48,404 bases of DNA from an uncultured Gammaproteobacteria bacterium (GCA_913041905.1 CAJWJQ010000002.1:1-48404); one strand, 5' to 3'. Counted from the first letter of the stretch, positions 27,372 through 40,183 are shown. The notes: a model not told the origin generated them from the sequence alone. Program-made: numbers and translations.

Positions 27372-28196
27372 TTAAACTTTATTGGTTTTTCTATTAACTT
27401 GAATTCTATTTATAGTTCTTGAGTCAGCTGATAAAATCTTAAAGGATAAATTGTTAATGGTTATAGTTTCTGATTTATCAGGTACTTTTTCAAATTTATT
27501 AATAAGATAACCGCCTATTGTTTCTACCCCCTCATCTTTGAAATCAGATAAAAAATATTCATTAAATTCTTCTAAAGAAGTTAACGCGTCAACAATGTAT
27601 TGATTATTACTCTCTGAAATTATTCTAGACTCTGTTTTTTTATCATGCTCATCATCAATTTCGCCAACAATCTCTTCGAGTACATCTTCTATGGTAACTA
27701 GACCAGAAACTCCTCCGTGTTCATCTATCACTATAGCTATATGATTTCGACTAGATTTAAATTCGTTTAATAAAATATTTAATCTTTTGCTCTCTGGAAC
27801 AAAAACAGCTGGCCTCAAAAGTCTATGTAAGTCAAAATCATCATCATTTATAGTTCTTTTCAAAAGATCTTTGGCAAGTAAAACTCCTATAATTTCATCT
27901 TTATTATCATCGATAACAGGAAATCTTGAATGACCGGATGTTGTAACTTTTTCAATAATATCATCTATAGCGTCAGATATATCAATTACCTTCATATGCG
28001 GTCTTGGAATCATAATATCCCTAACCTGTACCTCTGAAACTCTAAATACTCCTTCAATCATTTTGAGAGATTCAATGTCTAATAAACCATCGAGCACAGC
28101 GTCTTTTATAAGCTCTAATAAATCCTCTTTAGCTTTTGGAGAATCTTTAACTATGTCTATAATTTTATTTAACCAGGTGCTTTTTTTAGTTTGCAT
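27372..28196 (-). CDS. corC: CBS-domain Mg/Co efflux-associated protein CorC/YbeX
   Basis: 274 aa with a CBS pair (RDIMIPR..., HIAIVIDEHGGVSGLVTIEDVLEEIVGEI) and a C-terminal CorC_HlyC domain. Confidence 0.85.
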   Translation of the reverse strand: MQTKKSTWLNKIIDIVKDSPKAKEDLLELIKDAVLDGLLDIESLKMIEGVFRVSEVQVRDIMIPRPHMKVIDISDAIDDIIEKVTTSGHSRFPVIDDNKDEIIGVLLAKDLLKRTINDDDFDLHRLLRPAVFVPESKRLNILLNEFKSSRNHIAIVIDEHGGVSGLVTIEDVLEEIVGEIDDEHDKKTESRIISESNNQYIVDALTSLEEFNEYFLSDFKDEGVETIGGYLINKFEKVPDKSETITINNLSFKILSADSRTINRIQVNRKTNKV

Positions 28197-28656
28197 AATA
28201 AGGGTTCTGATATCCTAGTGTATCCATTAAAATCATTTCTTTTTCTTCCATAATAACTCTTTTCTCACTTATTTGATGCGTATAACCTTGTAAATGTAGC
28301 ATTGAGTGAATAATCATATGAGCCCACCTACTATCATTATTAATTTTATATGTGGCAGATTCTTTGTTAACAATGTCAGCACAAATAATAATATCTCCTA
28401 ATATATATTCTCCAGAACTAACAATAGAATTATGCGGAAATGATAAAACATTACAGTCTGTATCTTTTTTAAAAAATTTTTTATTAAAAACGTTTATTTC
28501 ATATTTCGTCGCAATTTTAATTGACACAATAGAACTTTTTTTACCAAAAAAAGCAATTTTAGCCCATTTTGTTATTTTATACCTACTAGGAATATATCCT
28601 TTGCAATTGTTTTGTATTATTCTAACTGTTAGCAAATTACTTATCTCTTTTTTCAT
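28186..28656 (-). CDS. ybeY: rRNA maturation endoribonuclease YbeY
   Basis: 156 aa with the HSMLHLQGYTH zinc motif. Confidence 0.85.
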   Translation of the reverse strand: MKKEISNLLTVRIIQNNCKGYIPSRYKITKWAKIAFFGKKSSIVSIKIATKYEINVFNKKFFKKDTDCNVLSFPHNSIVSSGEYILGDIIICADIVNKESATYKINNDSRWAHMIIHSMLHLQGYTHQISEKRVIMEEKEMILMDTLGYQNPYYAN

Positions 28657-29593
28657 ACTCTTTAATAATATCCTTAACTATTTTATGTCTCATGACATCA
28701 CTGGATCTAAATTTTGTTACGTGAGCATCTTTTATATTTGGCACAAATTCCAGACAATCTATTAGTCCAGACTTAATATCTTTTTGTAAGTCTATTTGGC
28801 TCGTATCCCCGGTAACTACAGTTTTGGAACCAAATCCAATTCTAGTTAAAAACATTTTCATTTGGGCTATAGTAGTATTTTGAGCTTCATCTAAAATTAT
28901 AAATGCATCATTTAAGGTTCGTCCTCTCATATATGCAAGCGGGGTTATTTCAATTATATTATTTTCTATTAATTTATTCACAGCTTGAAATCCTAATATC
29001 TCATAAAGTGCATCATATATAGGTTGCAGATATGGATTAACTTTTTCGCTTAAGTCACCTGGCAAGAAGCCGAGTTTTTCGCCAGCTTCGATCGCTGGTC
29101 TAGCTAAAAATATTTTTTTTACTATATTTTTTTCTAAGCAATACACAGCGCTTGCAACTGCAAGATATGTTTTCCCTGTACCTGCAGGACCTATGCCAAA
29201 AATAAGATTATTTGAGAAAATTGCATTAATATAATCATGTTGAGACTTAGAGTTTGGCTTTATAATATGCTTTTTACACTTAATTACCCCTTTTTCGTCA
29301 TCTAGCTCAACAGATTTATTTTCTGAAGTGTCAGTCATATACATATGCAATTGTTTTGGTGTTAATTCTTCGCTAGCAGATATAGTATAAAGTCTTTCAA
29401 TTAATTCTGATGTTCTTGGAACGTTTTTTTCATTACCTTTTATAATAAAATTATTTCCTCTGTTTGAAATCTGAACATGCATATGTGATTCTATCTGTCT
29501 TAAGTTTTCATCCAACGTTCCACATAAATTTGCAAGCCTATCGTTATCTTGTGGTTGTAGAATAATATTTTTATGTGTTATTTTTTCTGTCAA
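28637..29593 (-). CDS. ybeZ: PhoH-like ATPase YbeZ
   Basis: 318 aa with Walker A GPAGTGKTYLA and Walker B FIILDEAQN. Lies in the miaB-ybeZ-ybeY-corC-lnt context. Confidence 0.9.
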   Translation of the reverse strand: MTEKITHKNIILQPQDNDRLANLCGTLDENLRQIESHMHVQISNRGNNFIIKGNEKNVPRTSELIERLYTISASEELTPKQLHMYMTDTSENKSVELDDEKGVIKCKKHIIKPNSKSQHDYINAIFSNNLIFGIGPAGTGKTYLAVASAVYCLEKNIVKKIFLARPAIEAGEKLGFLPGDLSEKVNPYLQPIYDALYEILGFQAVNKLIENNIIEITPLAYMRGRTLNDAFIILDEAQNTTIAQMKMFLTRIGFGSKTVVTGDTSQIDLQKDIKSGLIDCLEFVPNIKDAHVTKFRSSDVMRHKIVKDIIKEYEKRDK

Positions 29594-29641
29594 ATTATTT
29601 TATCTCCTTTATTTTTTTATGCTAGACATACGATGCTATTA

Positions 29642-31000
29642 TTAATTACAAGCTTTCTTTTTCTCAACTGTATCAATAACCTCTCCATATAAAGAATTTG
29701 GTCTAATTTCTGTAATATAAATATCAACAAAACCTCCTATATATTTTGTGTCAGCATTAAAGTTTATAATTTTATTATTATCTGATCTACCGTATAACTC
29801 ATTATTTCTTTTTACAGATATACCTTCCACTAATACACGTTGTTTTGTATCTAGCATTTTTTTAGCGTAGGATAAAGATTGATTCTTGATTAATTCCTGA
29901 AGGTTTTTAAGTCTTTTCTTTTTAGTGTCCATTGAGATATTATCTTTTTCAAAAGATGCTGGTGTTCCTGGTCTTGGGCTGTATATAAAACTATATGCAT
30001 TGCTAAAATTTAATTCCTCAATAAAATCTAAAGTTTGCTGAAACTGATAATCAGTTTCACCCGGATAACCTACAATGAAATCAGATGTTAAGTTAATATC
30101 TGGCCTTATCTTTCTAACTTTTTTTATTATATTTTTATACTCTAATACAGTATGCTTTCGTTTCATCCTTGAAAGTATAAAATCTGATCCAGATTGTACT
30201 GGCAGATGAAGATTATTAGCTAATTTAGTATTATGGTGTTCCTGAATAAGGTCATCGGTAAAATCTACAGGATGAGAAGTGCTATACCTGATTCTCTTAA
30301 TTCCCTTTATATGTGACATATATCTTATAAGATCCGAGAATGATACATGTTGTTTTTTATTATTTAATGACCTATAAGCGTTTACATTTTGTCCAAGCAA
30401 TGTAATTTCTTTTGCTCCTAATTTAATTAAAGAGTTTGCTTCATACAAAATATCATCAAACCTTCTATTTACCTCTTCTCCTCTTGTATATGGGACAACA
30501 CAAAATGTGCAATATTTACTACAACCCTCCATTATGGATAAAGAAGCAGTCGGTGTACTCTTTGTAGAAAAAGGCAGGTAATCAAATTTTTCGATTTCAG
30601 GAAAATTTATGTCAATGTCTATTTTTTTTCTTTTATAAACTATATTTTCAATCATCTTCGGCAATCTATGTATTGTCTGAGGTCCAAAAATTATATCTAC
30701 TTCAGGTGATCTAGATCTTATTTTTGTACCCTCTTGAGAGGCAACACAACCTCCTACGGCAATTAATAAGTTAGGTTTTTTTATTTTTAGTTTTTTCCAT
30801 CTTCCTAATTGATGAAAAACTTTTTCTTGAGCTTTTTCTCTGATGGAGCAAGTATTGAGAAGCAGCATGTCTGCATCTTCGGGGTTATTTGTTTCCATCA
30901 TTTTTAAGTTATGTTGTAAAACATCACCAAGTCTGTCTGAATCATATTCATTCATTTGACAGCCTTGAGTTTGTATAAAAAATTTTTTATTTTCGAGCAT
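29642..31000 (-). CDS. miaB: tRNA-i6A37 methylthiotransferase MiaB
   Basis: 452 aa with an N-terminal UPF0004 Cys triad (GCQMN...), the radical-SAM motif CSKYCTFCVVP and a C-terminal TRAM domain. Confidence 0.9.
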   Translation of the reverse strand: MLENKKFFIQTQGCQMNEYDSDRLGDVLQHNLKMMETNNPEDADMLLLNTCSIREKAQEKVFHQLGRWKKLKIKKPNLLIAVGGCVASQEGTKIRSRSPEVDIIFGPQTIHRLPKMIENIVYKRKKIDIDINFPEIEKFDYLPFSTKSTPTASLSIMEGCSKYCTFCVVPYTRGEEVNRRFDDILYEANSLIKLGAKEITLLGQNVNAYRSLNNKKQHVSFSDLIRYMSHIKGIKRIRYSTSHPVDFTDDLIQEHHNTKLANNLHLPVQSGSDFILSRMKRKHTVLEYKNIIKKVRKIRPDINLTSDFIVGYPGETDYQFQQTLDFIEELNFSNAYSFIYSPRPGTPASFEKDNISMDTKKKRLKNLQELIKNQSLSYAKKMLDTKQRVLVEGISVKRNNELYGRSDNNKIINFNADTKYIGGFVDIYITEIRPNSLYGEVIDTVEKKKACN

Positions 31001-31005
31001 TTACT

Positions 31006-31431
31006 CTAAAATGGTATGTCATCATCTTGCTGGGCTGGTGAGCTTTGGTCAAAATTATCATTATTCTTTGAAGACTGATTATCTGTACCTGCAGAATCAG
31101 ATTTGGAGCCAATAAAAGTAAAATTATCAGAAATTATATCAGTTGAATATTTTTCAACTCCATCTTTATCCTGCCATTTTCTGGTTTGCAATCTTCCTTC
31201 AACATATAATTGTTGTCCTTTTTTTACATACTGCCCAATTGTTTCGGCAGGTTTATTAAAGAATACAACTCTATGCCATTCTGTCTTATCTTCATAATTT
31301 CCTGATTCTTGGTTTTTAAACTTTCTGTTTGTGGCAAGCGATAGATTTAAGACTGCGTTACCGCTAGGCATGTACTTGACCTCGGGATCAGCTCCAACTC
31401 GACCTAATAATATTACTTTATTTACTGACAT
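31006..31431 (-). CDS. ssb: Single-stranded DNA-binding protein
   Basis: 141 aa with an OB fold (MSVNKVILLGRVGADPEVKY), a disordered tail and the acidic tip DDDIPF. Divergent from uvrA as in E. coli. Confidence 0.9.
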   Translation of the reverse strand: MSVNKVILLGRVGADPEVKYMPSGNAVLNLSLATNRKFKNQESGNYEDKTEWHRVVFFNKPAETIGQYVKKGQQLYVEGRLQTRKWQDKDGVEKYSTDIISDNFTFIGSKSDSAGTDNQSSKNNDNFDQSSPAQQDDDIPF

Positions 31432-31594
31432 TAAATTTCATTATGATATTCATTGAATGAGCATTTACTATAACTTAAATATTATCTTACGGACAGCAAA
31501 AATTCCACCTAAACTAATAAAATGGTTAAATTTATGCTATAAATTGCAATTTTCTTAGGTGCAATTAAACTATAGATGATATCATTTCTCTACC

Positions 31595-34459
31595 ATGAAA
31601 AAGAATATCTTTGTTAAAGGTGCTCGTACACACAATTTAAAAAATATTAATATAGAAATTCCTCGAGATAAGCTAATAACTATAACAGGCTTGTCGGGCT
31701 CCGGAAAATCATCATTAGCTTTTGATACAATTTTTGCAGAAGGACAGAGGCGTTATATGGAATCTTTATCGTCTTATGCTAGGCAATTTTTATCTATGAT
31801 GGATAAACCTGATGTAGATGTCATTGAAGGCTTATCTCCAGCAATATCTATAGAACAAAAGTCATCTTCACATAATCCTAGATCGACAGTGGGCACAGTA
31901 ACTGAAATTTATGATTATTTAAGGTTATTGTTTGCAAGAGTAGGCTCACCGAAATGTCCGGAACATTCTATAGAATTAAAATCTATGACTTTTAGCGATA
32001 TAACTAAAAAAATAATTAAAGACAATGGTGGAGAAAAAATTATGTTGTTAGCTCCTGTGGTAAAACAACAAAAAGGAGAACATGCTAAATTAATACAATC
32101 ATTTGCTCAACAGGGGTATAAAAGAATAAGGGTAAATGGAGAAGTTATAAATATTAATGATATGTCTAAACACATGATTAATCATATTATAGACCCTAAG
32201 AAGAAAAATAATATTGAATTTGTTATAGACAGATTAAGCTCTGTAGAAAAAAATGATGCTCAAAGAATTATAGAGTCAGTAGAATTAGCTTCGAAGTTTT
32301 CTGATGGTTTGATTTATTGTTGTAATGTTGCAACAAACAAGATAGAGAATGTTTTCTCTACAAAATATGCATGCCCTCACTGCGGTTATTCAATAGGAGC
32401 ATTAGAGCCAAAATTATTTTCATTTAATAGCCCTGTTGGTGCATGTGAATCCTGTGATGGATTAGGTGTAAGTGAATTTTTTGATCCAGAGAAAATAATT
32501 GTTAATCAAGAGTTGAGCTTAACAAAGGGAGCTATATACGGATGGGATGATAAAAGCGCCTATTATAATTTATTATTAGAAAGCTTATCTAATCATTATA
32601 AAGTAGATTTAAATACCCCGTATAAAAAACTACCAAAAAAATTCAAAAAAATACTATTTTATGGTAGTGAAAATGAAATTATACAAATGAAATATGTAAA
32701 AGGATTTAGAAGCAAAAATAAAGAAAGTTATGTTGTTAAAGAAGAGGTTTGGGAGGGTATAATTGAAAAATTTGAAAGACAATACGAGAATGGTTCCTTT
32801 GCAGCACAAAAAAGATTATTCAAATACTTAAATATAGCTAAATGTACTGATTGCGAAGGGAAAAGGCTAAACAAAAAAAGTAGAAATATATTTATATTTA
32901 ATAAGTCTATTAGCGATATTACAGAATTAACTATTGAAGAATGTTTAGATTTTTTTAAAAAAATAAAATTTGAGGGCATGCTAAAAGAAATATCTAATAA
33001 AATAATTTTAGAAATAATAAGTAGATTAAATTTTTTGAATGATGTTGGATTAAATTACCTCACTATTGATCGCAGCGCTGAAACTTTATCCGGTGGAGAA
33101 GCTCAAAGAATAAGATTGGCTAGTCAAATTGGTTCTGGTTTAGTTGGGGTCATGTATATCCTAGATGAGCCGTCTATTGGTCTTCATCAAAGAGACAATG
33201 GTAAATTACTTAAGACGTTACGTAATCTGCGTGATTTAGGGAATACAGTTATAGTTGTAGAACATGATGAAGACACTATTCTATCATCAGATTATATTGT
33301 AGATGTTGGTCCTGGAGCTGGGGACTCTGGTGGTGAAATTGTCTTTGTTGGCAAACCAAATGATATTAAAAAAATAAAAAATTCATATACCGGTCAATAT
33401 ATTTCAGGAATAAAGAAAATATCAATTCCAAAACAAAGATTAAAATTTAATTCAAAAAAAACATTAACAATACACAAAGCAACTACAAATAATTTAAATA
33501 ACCTTAATATTAAAATACCTCTTGGTTTGCTAACTTGTATAACTGGCGTATCAGGATCAGGCAAATCAACCTTGGTTAATAATATTCTTTATGAATATAT
33601 TTATAATGAATTTTCAGAAAAAGATAATTCTCAAACAGGTTGTGAAAAAATAACTGGATTAGAACATATTGATAAAATTATTGAAATAGACCAAAGCCCA
33701 ATAGGAAGAACTCCTAGGTCAAATCCTGTAACATATACTGGGATTTTTACACATATTAGAGATTTGTTTGCGCTCACCAAAGAATCTAGGGCGAGAGGTT
33801 ATAGTCCTGGAAGATTTAGTTTCAACGTTAAAGGTGGAAGATGCGATGCGTGTGAAGGTGATGGTGTTATTAAAGTGGAAATGCACTTTTTATCAGATGT
33901 ATATGTTAAATGTGATAACTGTAATGGAAAAAGATATAATGATCAAACTTTAGAAATTAATTTAAAATCTAAAACTATTAGCGATGTTTTAAATTTTACA
34001 GTTTTAGAAGCTTTAAAATTCTTTCATAATTATCCAAATATAAAACGGAAATTAGAAATTTTAGATGAGGTTGGTCTCTCATATATAAAACTTGGACAAA
34101 ATGCCACAACATTATCAGGAGGAGAGGCTCAGAGAATAAAATTAGCTAAAGAGCTTATAAAAAGAGATACGGGAAAAACTATATATTTATTAGATGAACC
34201 CACAACAGGTCTTCACTTTCATGATGTAGCTAAACTGCTAAAAGTTTTAGACAAACTCAAAGCTAGAGGTAATACTCTTATTATTATAGAACATAATTTG
34301 GAAGTTATAAAAACAGCTGATTGGCTTATAGATTTGGGCCCCGAGGGGGGTATTGGTGGAGGCAATGTTGTTGCTGAAGGTACGCCTGAAGAGGTTTCTA
34401 AAAATAAAAAATCTTTTACTGGGGTGTTTCTAAAAAATAAGCTTAACTGTTCAAACTAG
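31595..34459 (+). CDS. uvrA: Excinuclease ABC subunit A
   Basis: 954 aa with two ABC modules (GLSGSGKSS and GVSGSGKST; LSGGEAQR twice) and zinc-finger Cys clusters. Confidence 0.95.
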   Translation: MKKNIFVKGARTHNLKNINIEIPRDKLITITGLSGSGKSSLAFDTIFAEGQRRYMESLSSYARQFLSMMDKPDVDVIEGLSPAISIEQKSSSHNPRSTVGTVTEIYDYLRLLFARVGSPKCPEHSIELKSMTFSDITKKIIKDNGGEKIMLLAPVVKQQKGEHAKLIQSFAQQGYKRIRVNGEVININDMSKHMINHIIDPKKKNNIEFVIDRLSSVEKNDAQRIIESVELASKFSDGLIYCCNVATNKIENVFSTKYACPHCGYSIGALEPKLFSFNSPVGACESCDGLGVSEFFDPEKIIVNQELSLTKGAIYGWDDKSAYYNLLLESLSNHYKVDLNTPYKKLPKKFKKILFYGSENEIIQMKYVKGFRSKNKESYVVKEEVWEGIIEKFERQYENGSFAAQKRLFKYLNIAKCTDCEGKRLNKKSRNIFIFNKSISDITELTIEECLDFFKKIKFEGMLKEISNKIILEIISRLNFLNDVGLNYLTIDRSAETLSGGEAQRIRLASQIGSGLVGVMYILDEPSIGLHQRDNGKLLKTLRNLRDLGNTVIVVEHDEDTILSSDYIVDVGPGAGDSGGEIVFVGKPNDIKKIKNSYTGQYISGIKKISIPKQRLKFNSKKTLTIHKATTNNLNNLNIKIPLGLLTCITGVSGSGKSTLVNNILYEYIYNEFSEKDNSQTGCEKITGLEHIDKIIEIDQSPIGRTPRSNPVTYTGIFTHIRDLFALTKESRARGYSPGRFSFNVKGGRCDACEGDGVIKVEMHFLSDVYVKCDNCNGKRYNDQTLEINLKSKTISDVLNFTVLEALKFFHNYPNIKRKLEILDEVGLSYIKLGQNATTLSGGEAQRIKLAKELIKRDTGKTIYLLDEPTTGLHFHDVAKLLKVLDKLKARGNTLIIIEHNLEVIKTADWLIDLGPEGGIGGGNVVAEGTPEEVSKNKKSFTGVFLKNKLNCSN

Positions 34460-34814
34460 GTTTTTCTGTTAATTCTACATACGCTTGAGGAGACGCATCC
34501 CCTAATTTACAACCAAACTTAAGAATTCTCATGTATCCTCCCGGTTTGTTTTTAAACCTAGGGCCAAGATCTTCAAATAATTTTTTAACTATTTTTTTAT
34601 TTCTAATTTTAGAATAAGCTAATCTTCTTCTCATTAAGTTATCTTGTTTAGCTAAAGTTATAAGAGGCTCTGCAACTCTACGTAATTCCTTAGCTTTAGG
34701 AATAGATGTTTTGATTTTTTCAAACTCAAACAAAGATAGGGTGAGATTCTTCATCATAGCTTTTCTATGAGACGAATTCCTGTTTAACTGTCTTCCGCTT
34801 TTTTTATGCCTCAT
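34443..34814 (-). CDS. rplQ: 50S ribosomal protein L17
   Basis: 123 aa starting [20 protein letters not shown]. Its 3' end overlaps the uvrA 3' end by 17 nt. Confidence 0.95.
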   Translation of the reverse strand: MRHKKSGRQLNRNSSHRKAMMKNLTLSLFEFEKIKTSIPKAKELRRVAEPLITLAKQDNLMRRRLAYSKIRNKKIVKKLFEDLGPRFKNKPGGYMRILKFGCKLGDASPQAYVELTEKPSLNS

Positions 34815-35797
34815 ACTCTCTTCTCAATACCTTTAGGAGGCCAATCTTCAAGTTTTATTCCCAAAGATAAGCTGTGTGTTGCTAATACATCTTTAATTTC
34901 AGTCAATGATTTTTTACCTAGGTTAGGGGTTTTTAATAATTCATTTTCACTGCGTTGAACTAAATCTCCAATATAATAAATATTTTCAGCTTTTAAGCAA
35001 TTAGCTGACCTTACTGTTAGCTCTAAATCATCTACTGGTCTTAATAATACTGGGTCTATTTGTGGTACATCAGTATCTTCAACGGCTTCTTCTTGGACTT
35101 CTAAATATGTAAATACGTCTAATTGATTTCTGAGAATTTGCCCAGCTTTTCTAATTGCATCCTCTGGCTCAATTGTCGCGTTAGTTTTTAAATCTATAAC
35201 TAATTTATCTAAATCAGTTCTTTGTTTAACTCTTGCGGTATCAACATTATAAGTTACTTGAACCACTGGACTAAATGAAGCATCTAATTGCATTTTTCCA
35301 ATACCCAAATCTTCTTGCTCGTTAAATTTTCTTTTCTGTGCTTGTTGATAACCCCTTCCTTGGCTTACTGTCATATTAATAATTAATTCAGTTTTATCAT
35401 TTGTAATATTAGCAATACAAAACTCAGGATTTTTAATTTCTAAATCTGGATTATCGGTTATATCAGAAGCAAGAACTGGCCCAGTACCTTTTTTTCTTAA
35501 CGTAACCTCTAGCGAATCTTTTTCATGTAAAACCAATGCTAATTTTTTAATATTTAATAATATTTCCAATACATCTTCTTGCACACCTTCTATAGTGCTA
35601 TATTCATGTAAAATATTATCTATCGTGACTTCTGTTACAGCGCTACCTGGTAATGATGATAATAGCACTCTTCTTAAAGCATTTCCCAGTGTGTGCCCAA
35701 AACCCCTTTCAAGAGGTTCTATGCTTATTTTTGCATGCGTCGGGCTTATAGCTTCTATGTCTACAAGTTTTGGTCTTAGAAAGTCATTTTTATTCAT
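34811..35797 (-). CDS. rpoA: DNA-directed RNA polymerase alpha subunit
   Basis: 328 aa with [12 protein letters not shown] and a C-terminal domain containing [16 protein letters not shown]. Confidence 0.95.
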   Translation of the reverse strand: MNKNDFLRPKLVDIEAISPTHAKISIEPLERGFGHTLGNALRRVLLSSLPGSAVTEVTIDNILHEYSTIEGVQEDVLEILLNIKKLALVLHEKDSLEVTLRKKGTGPVLASDITDNPDLEIKNPEFCIANITNDKTELIINMTVSQGRGYQQAQKRKFNEQEDLGIGKMQLDASFSPVVQVTYNVDTARVKQRTDLDKLVIDLKTNATIEPEDAIRKAGQILRNQLDVFTYLEVQEEAVEDTDVPQIDPVLLRPVDDLELTVRSANCLKAENIYYIGDLVQRSENELLKTPNLGKKSLTEIKDVLATHSLSLGIKLEDWPPKGIEKRV

Positions 35798-35804
35798 ATT
35801 TCAC

Positions 35805-36428
35805 CTATTTTGAGTATAATTCTACAATTAACGATTCATTTATTTCTGAAGGTAATTCTTTGCGTTCAGGTATTCTTATAAACGTTCCTTCGCACTTCTT
35901 AGAATCAACTTCAATCCAGTCATTAAAACCTCTTGTTTCAGCTAAACTCATAGCAAACTTAACTCTAGTTTGTTCTTTTTTACTATTTCTAACTGAAATT
36001 TTATCTTTAGGGCTAACTTGATAAGATGGTATATTAACAATATCTCCATTAACTTCAATATTTTTATGGCTAACAAGTTGTCGAGATTCTGCTCTAGTAG
36101 AGCCAAACCCTAGCCTATAAACCACATTATCTAATCTCGATTCCAACATGGTCAACAGATTTTCTCCAGTCGAACCTTTTTTGCTTGCTGATTTTTTATA
36201 ATAATTTCTAAATTGTTTCTCTAAAATCCCATATATTCTTTTTACTTTCTGTTTCTCTCTTAGCTGCATTGAATAATCAGAGCTTTTTACTCTTCTTGCG
36301 TCTGCTGATTGGCCGGGTTTTTTTTCTAAATTACATTTTGTTTCCAGTGACCTGCTTCCTGACTTTAAATAAAGATCCGTACCTTCTCTTCTCATCAATT
36401 TACATTTAGATCCTATAAATTTAGCCAT
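35805..36428 (-). CDS. rpsD: 30S ribosomal protein S4
   Basis: The canonical N-terminus [16 protein letters not shown] begins at the ATG at 36428. The ORF-track extension to 36464 overlaps rpsK. Confidence 0.95.
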   Translation of the reverse strand: MAKFIGSKCKLMRREGTDLYLKSGSRSLETKCNLEKKPGQSADARRVKSSDYSMQLREKQKVKRIYGILEKQFRNYYKKSASKKGSTGENLLTMLESRLDNVVYRLGFGSTRAESRQLVSHKNIEVNGDIVNIPSYQVSPKDKISVRNSKKEQTRVKFAMSLAETRGFNDWIEVDSKKCEGTFIRIPERKELPSEINESLIVELYSK

Positions 36429-36429
36429 A

Positions 36430-36819
36430 TTAAACTCTCCTTTTTTTAGGTGGTCTGCAACCATTATGAGGCAATGGCGTTATATCTGTTATATTTGTAA
36501 TTTTATACCCTGCGCTATTTAAAGCTCTAACTGCAGAATCTCTACCTGGGCCTGGTCCTTTTACCAATACCTCTAATGTCTTTACTCCAAACTCAGAAGC
36601 TTTGTTTGCTGCTTTCTCTGCGGCTATTTGTGCGGCAAACGGCGTACTCTTTCTGGAACCTCTAAATCCAGATCCTCCTGAAGTTGCCCAAGATAAAGTA
36701 TTACCCTGTTTATCAGTAATGGTTACTATTGTGTTATTAAAAGACGCATAGATATGAGCCACACCTTCGCTTACTATTCTTTTTTCTTTTTTCTTTTTTG
36801 GTTTAGTTGTTGATACCAT
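36430..36819 (-). CDS. rpsK: 30S ribosomal protein S11
   Basis: 129 aa with [18 protein letters not shown] and the [14 protein letters not shown]-terminus. Confidence 0.95.
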   Translation of the reverse strand: MVSTTKPKKKKEKRIVSEGVAHIYASFNNTIVTITDKQGNTLSWATSGGSGFRGSRKSTPFAAQIAAEKAANKASEFGVKTLEVLVKGPGPGRDSAVRALNSAGYKITNITDITPLPHNGCRPPKKRRV

Positions 36820-36820
36820 A

Positions 36821-37180
36821 TTATTTAGCCTTTAATAGTTTTCTTGGTCCTTTTCTAGTTCTACTGTTATTTTTGGTTTTTTGTCCTCTTAAAGGCAAGC
36901 TTTTGCGGTGTCGTATACCTCTGTAAGAACCTATATCCATTAGTCTTTTTATATTTATTGAAGTCTCTCTTCTTAGGTCGCCTTCCAATTGATATTTTTC
37001 AACAAAATTTCTTAGAACCTCGAGATCTTTTTCATTTAAATCTTTGACTTTTTTAGTTCTATCTACGCCAGAATCAGAGCAAATTTTATTCGCTCTTGTT
37101 ATGCCAATACCATATATAGCAGTCAATGCTATCCAAACATGCTTATTATTAGGTAAATTTATTCCTGCTATTCTAGCCAT
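36821..37180 (-). CDS. rpsM: 30S ribosomal protein S13
   Basis: 119 aa starting [10 protein letters not shown]... Confidence 0.95.
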   Translation of the reverse strand: MARIAGINLPNNKHVWIALTAIYGIGITRANKICSDSGVDRTKKVKDLNEKDLEVLRNFVEKYQLEGDLRRETSINIKRLMDIGSYRGIRHRKSLPLRGQKTKNNSRTRKGPRKLLKAK

Positions 37181-37234
37181 TTATTACTCTCTGAACGATG
37201 ATTTTATATTTCATTTGATATTAATACAACCTCT

Positions 37235-37348
37235 TTAACCTTGTCTTTGTTTATGTCTTGGATCTTTACATATAATCCTAACAACTCTATTTCTTCGAAT
37301 TACTCTACAATTTCTACAAAGCTTTTTAACAGATGCGCGAACTTTCAT
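37235..37348 (-). CDS. rpmJ: 50S ribosomal protein L36
   Basis: Not in the ORF track because it is too short. My manual translation of the minus strand gives [37 protein letters not shown] followed by a stop. It sits between secY and rpsM. Confidence 0.9.
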   Translation of the reverse strand: MKVRASVKKLCRNCRVIRRNRVVRIICKDPRHKQRQG

Positions 37349-37350
37349 AA

Positions 37351-38700
37351 TTATCTTAATCCTCCGCCAATTCCTTTAAGATTAGCCTTTTTCATCATTC
37401 CCTCATATTGATGAGATAAAAGGTGGGACTGAATTTGTGCCATTAAATCCATAACAACTATCACAACAATTAATAAAGACGTTCCTCCAAAATAAAATGG
37501 TACATTAAAATATAAGATTAAAAATTCTGGTAATAGGCAAACAGAGGTAATATATATAGCTCCGATAGTTGTTAATTTTGTTGTTATATCATCTATATAT
37601 TTTGCTGTCTGATCTCCTGGTCTAATTCCAGGAATAAATGCTCCTGATTTTTTTAAGTTATCTGCTGTTTCATTAGAATTAAAAACAAGTGCAGTATAAA
37701 AATAACAAAAGAAAATAATTGTTAAAGAATATAATAATATATATAAAGGTTGTCCCGGAGTAAGTGATAACGCAATATTTTGAACGATGCCACCATCCGA
37801 ACCTGTTCCGCTCCAACTTGCTATAGTTGCGGGAAATAAAATTATAGCTGATGCAAAAATAGGAGGTATTACACCTGCCATGTTTATTTTTAATGGAAGA
37901 TGAGTGCTTTGTGCTGCATACATTTTTCTACCTTGCATTTTTCTAGCATAATTGATTGGAATTTTTCTTTGCCCTCTTTCTATAAAAATGACAAATGCTG
38001 TTATAACAAGAACCAATAAGAATATTAAAATTACAGTAAAATTTTGCAGCTCGCCATTTCTAGCAAGGTCTATTGTGTTTCCTATAGCAGAAGGTAACCC
38101 TGCAGCTATACCCGCAAAAATCAGTATTGAAATACCATTACCTATTCCTCTCTCTGTTATTTGCTCACCAAGCCATACCAAAAACATTGTTCCTGTAACC
38201 AATGTTATAATTGCTATAAACAAAAAATTTATACCTGGATCAAGAACCAGTGTTGTGCTTGATGTGTTTTGATTTTGAAGCGCATTCGCTACTCCAGTTG
38301 ACTGTAGAACTGCTAATAAAACAGTGAAATACCTTGTGTATTTAGTTATTTTTTTTCTTCCTCTTTCTCCTTCCTTCCTAAGCTGTATTAATGGCGCATA
38401 TACATGAGTCATCATTTGAATAATTATAGATGCTGATATATATGGCATAACTCCTAATGCAAAAATAGACATTCTTGATAAAGATCCACCCGAGAACATA
38501 TTAAACATATCAAGTATGCTGCCTCGTTGTTGTTCAAATAAAAATTTCATTACAGAAGGGTCTATTCCAGGTAAAGTTATAAAACTACCTAATCTAAATA
38601 TAATTAAAGCAAAAATAACAAAAAATACCCTCTGTCTTAACTCATTTGATTTAGTTAAACCTCCTAATCCTCCAGTCATATTTGATTTTGATTTAGCCAT
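37351..38700 (-). CDS. secY: Preprotein translocase subunit SecY
   Basis: 449 aa with 10 TM helices and conserved segments such as [11 protein letters not shown] (here [13 protein letters not shown]). Confidence 0.95.
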   Translation of the reverse strand: MAKSKSNMTGGLGGLTKSNELRQRVFFVIFALIIFRLGSFITLPGIDPSVMKFLFEQQRGSILDMFNMFSGGSLSRMSIFALGVMPYISASIIIQMMTHVYAPLIQLRKEGERGRKKITKYTRYFTVLLAVLQSTGVANALQNQNTSSTTLVLDPGINFLFIAIITLVTGTMFLVWLGEQITERGIGNGISILIFAGIAAGLPSAIGNTIDLARNGELQNFTVILIFLLVLVITAFVIFIERGQRKIPINYARKMQGRKMYAAQSTHLPLKINMAGVIPPIFASAIILFPATIASWSGTGSDGGIVQNIALSLTPGQPLYILLYSLTIIFFCYFYTALVFNSNETADNLKKSGAFIPGIRPGDQTAKYIDDITTKLTTIGAIYITSVCLLPEFLILYFNVPFYFGGTSLLIVVIVVMDLMAQIQSHLLSHQYEGMMKKANLKGIGGGLR

Positions 38701-38704
38701 AATT

Positions 38705-39124
38705 CTATTTACTTATAAACTCCGATACAGATTTTGTGCAAGAGATATCTTTAAGGGTTTTCTTGTCTTTTATCGTGCAAGGTCCAATCACTTTTACTTT
38801 TTTTATTTTAGATTTAATAAGTTTGTATTTTTTTAATATATCAATAGTTATTTCTTTTTCTTTTATAACCGACAATCTGTCATATTTAATATCCATAGAC
38901 AGAAGGTTTGTTCTAGAGGAAAATCCTACTTTTGGCAATCTTCTTTGTAATGGCATTTGTCCGCCTTCGAAACCAACTTGAATCTTGCCTCCTGTTCTAG
39001 ATTTTTGTCCTTTGTGACCACGTCCACAGGTTTTCCCAGTGCCAGAAGCAATTCCTCTGCCAACTCTTTTCTTTTTATTTTTACTATCAATATTTGGTTT
39101 TAATTTATTTAATAAGCTAGTCAT
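38705..39124 (-). CDS. rplO: 50S ribosomal protein L15
   Basis: 139 aa with [25 protein letters not shown]. Confidence 0.95.
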   Translation of the reverse strand: MTSLLNKLKPNIDSKNKKKRVGRGIASGTGKTCGRGHKGQKSRTGGKIQVGFEGGQMPLQRRLPKVGFSSRTNLLSMDIKYDRLSVIKEKEITIDILKKYKLIKSKIKKVKVIGPCTIKDKKTLKDISCTKSVSEFISK

Positions 39125-39132
39125 ATCAACAC

Positions 39133-39324
39133 CTAAATATTTATCTCCACCATATGATTAACTACTTTTATCATTCCTCTATTCTCTGGGGTATCTTTAA
39201 TAGTTACTGTATGATTTATCTTTCTTAAACCTAATCCTTTGATACAAGATATTTGTTTTTTTGTACAACCTATGAGACTTCTGGTTTGTTTTACATTTAT
39301 TTTTTTTAATTCTTTTTTAACCAT
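39133..39324 (-). CDS. rpmD: 50S ribosomal protein L30
   Basis: 63 aa. Position and the pattern KQTRSLIG...[11 protein letters not shown] fit L30. Confidence 0.9.
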   Translation of the reverse strand: MVKKELKKINVKQTRSLIGCTKKQISCIKGLGLRKINHTVTIKDTPENRGMIKVVNHMVEINI

Positions 39325-39326
39325 AA

Positions 39327-39818
39327 TTACAACTCACTAGTTTTTTTGCCTCTTTTTGCGGCTATATATGCTGGATAATACATTGCCTCTAAACCTTTTA
39401 CTGTTGCTTTTACAACATTAATTGGGTTTGTTGACCCAATGCTCTTTGCAAGAACATTATGTATGCCTGTTGCTTCAAATACAGCTCTCATAGCGCCGCC
39501 AGCTATCACGCCAGTACCTTCTCCAGCGGGTTGCATATAAACTTTTGCTGATCCATAGGAATGAGTAATAGAATGATAGAGAGTCCCTTTTTTTAAAGCT
39601 ACTGTTATCATACTTTTTTTGGCTTTTTCCATAGCTTTTTGTATAGCTACAGGTACCTCTTTGGCCTTCCCATATCCATATCCAACTCTACCGTGTCCAT
39701 CACCCACTACAGTTAAAGCAGTAAACCCAAATTGTCTTCCACCTTTAACAACTTTAGCTGTTCTATTGACGGCTACCAATTTTTCTATATAATCAGATTT
39801 TTTTTCATCAAACGCCAT
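39327..39818 (-). CDS. rpsE: 30S ribosomal protein S5
   Basis: 163 aa with [24 protein letters not shown]. Confidence 0.95.
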   Translation of the reverse strand: MAFDEKKSDYIEKLVAVNRTAKVVKGGRQFGFTALTVVGDGHGRVGYGYGKAKEVPVAIQKAMEKAKKSMITVALKKGTLYHSITHSYGSAKVYMQPAGEGTGVIAGGAMRAVFEATGIHNVLAKSIGSTNPINVVKATVKGLEAMYYPAYIAAKRGKKTSEL

Positions 39819-40183
39819 TATATTTTTACTCCATTTTCTCGAATTGACTCAGCTAACGCTTTTATTTTTCCATGATATTTGTAACCAGATCTATCAAATG
39901 CTACTTTTTCAATTTTTTCTTTTTTCACAAACTCTGCAATAATTTTTCCTATTATTTTAGATGTTTCAATATTATTAGATTTAACTTTTTTCCTAATATT
40001 TTTTTGATTAGTTGACACTGTCGTTAGAACCTTATCACCATTTGATGTAAGTAATTGTACATACATATGCTTAATAGACCTGTAAACACTTAATCTGTGT
40101 GCTCCTGATTGCCCAATTCTTTTTCTAGTTTTACAAGCTCTTCGTAAACGTGAATTTTTCTTATTTTGGTTTATACGAATCAT
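39818..40183 (-). CDS. rplR: 50S ribosomal protein L18
   Basis: 121 aa. N-terminal [23 protein letters not shown] and C-terminal [17 protein letters not shown]. Confidence 0.95.
   Translation of the reverse strand: MIRINQNKKNSRLRRACKTRKRIGQSGAHRLSVYRSIKHMYVQLLTSNGDKVLTTVSTNQKNIRKKVKSNNIETSKIIGKIIAEFVKKEKIEKVAFDRSGYKYHGKIKALAESIRENGVKI

Noticed and set aside
31432-31594. A LexA/SOS box (CTGT-N8-ACAG) was expected in the divergent ssb-uvrA promoter region. I also noted a small palindrome, TCATT-G-AATGA, at 31450-31460.
   Set aside because: No CTGT-N8-ACAG-like sequence is visible. The 5-1-5 AT-rich palindrome is too short to separate from chance in this composition. The missing SOS box is worth noting but cannot be interpreted without the rest of the genome, including whether lexA is present.
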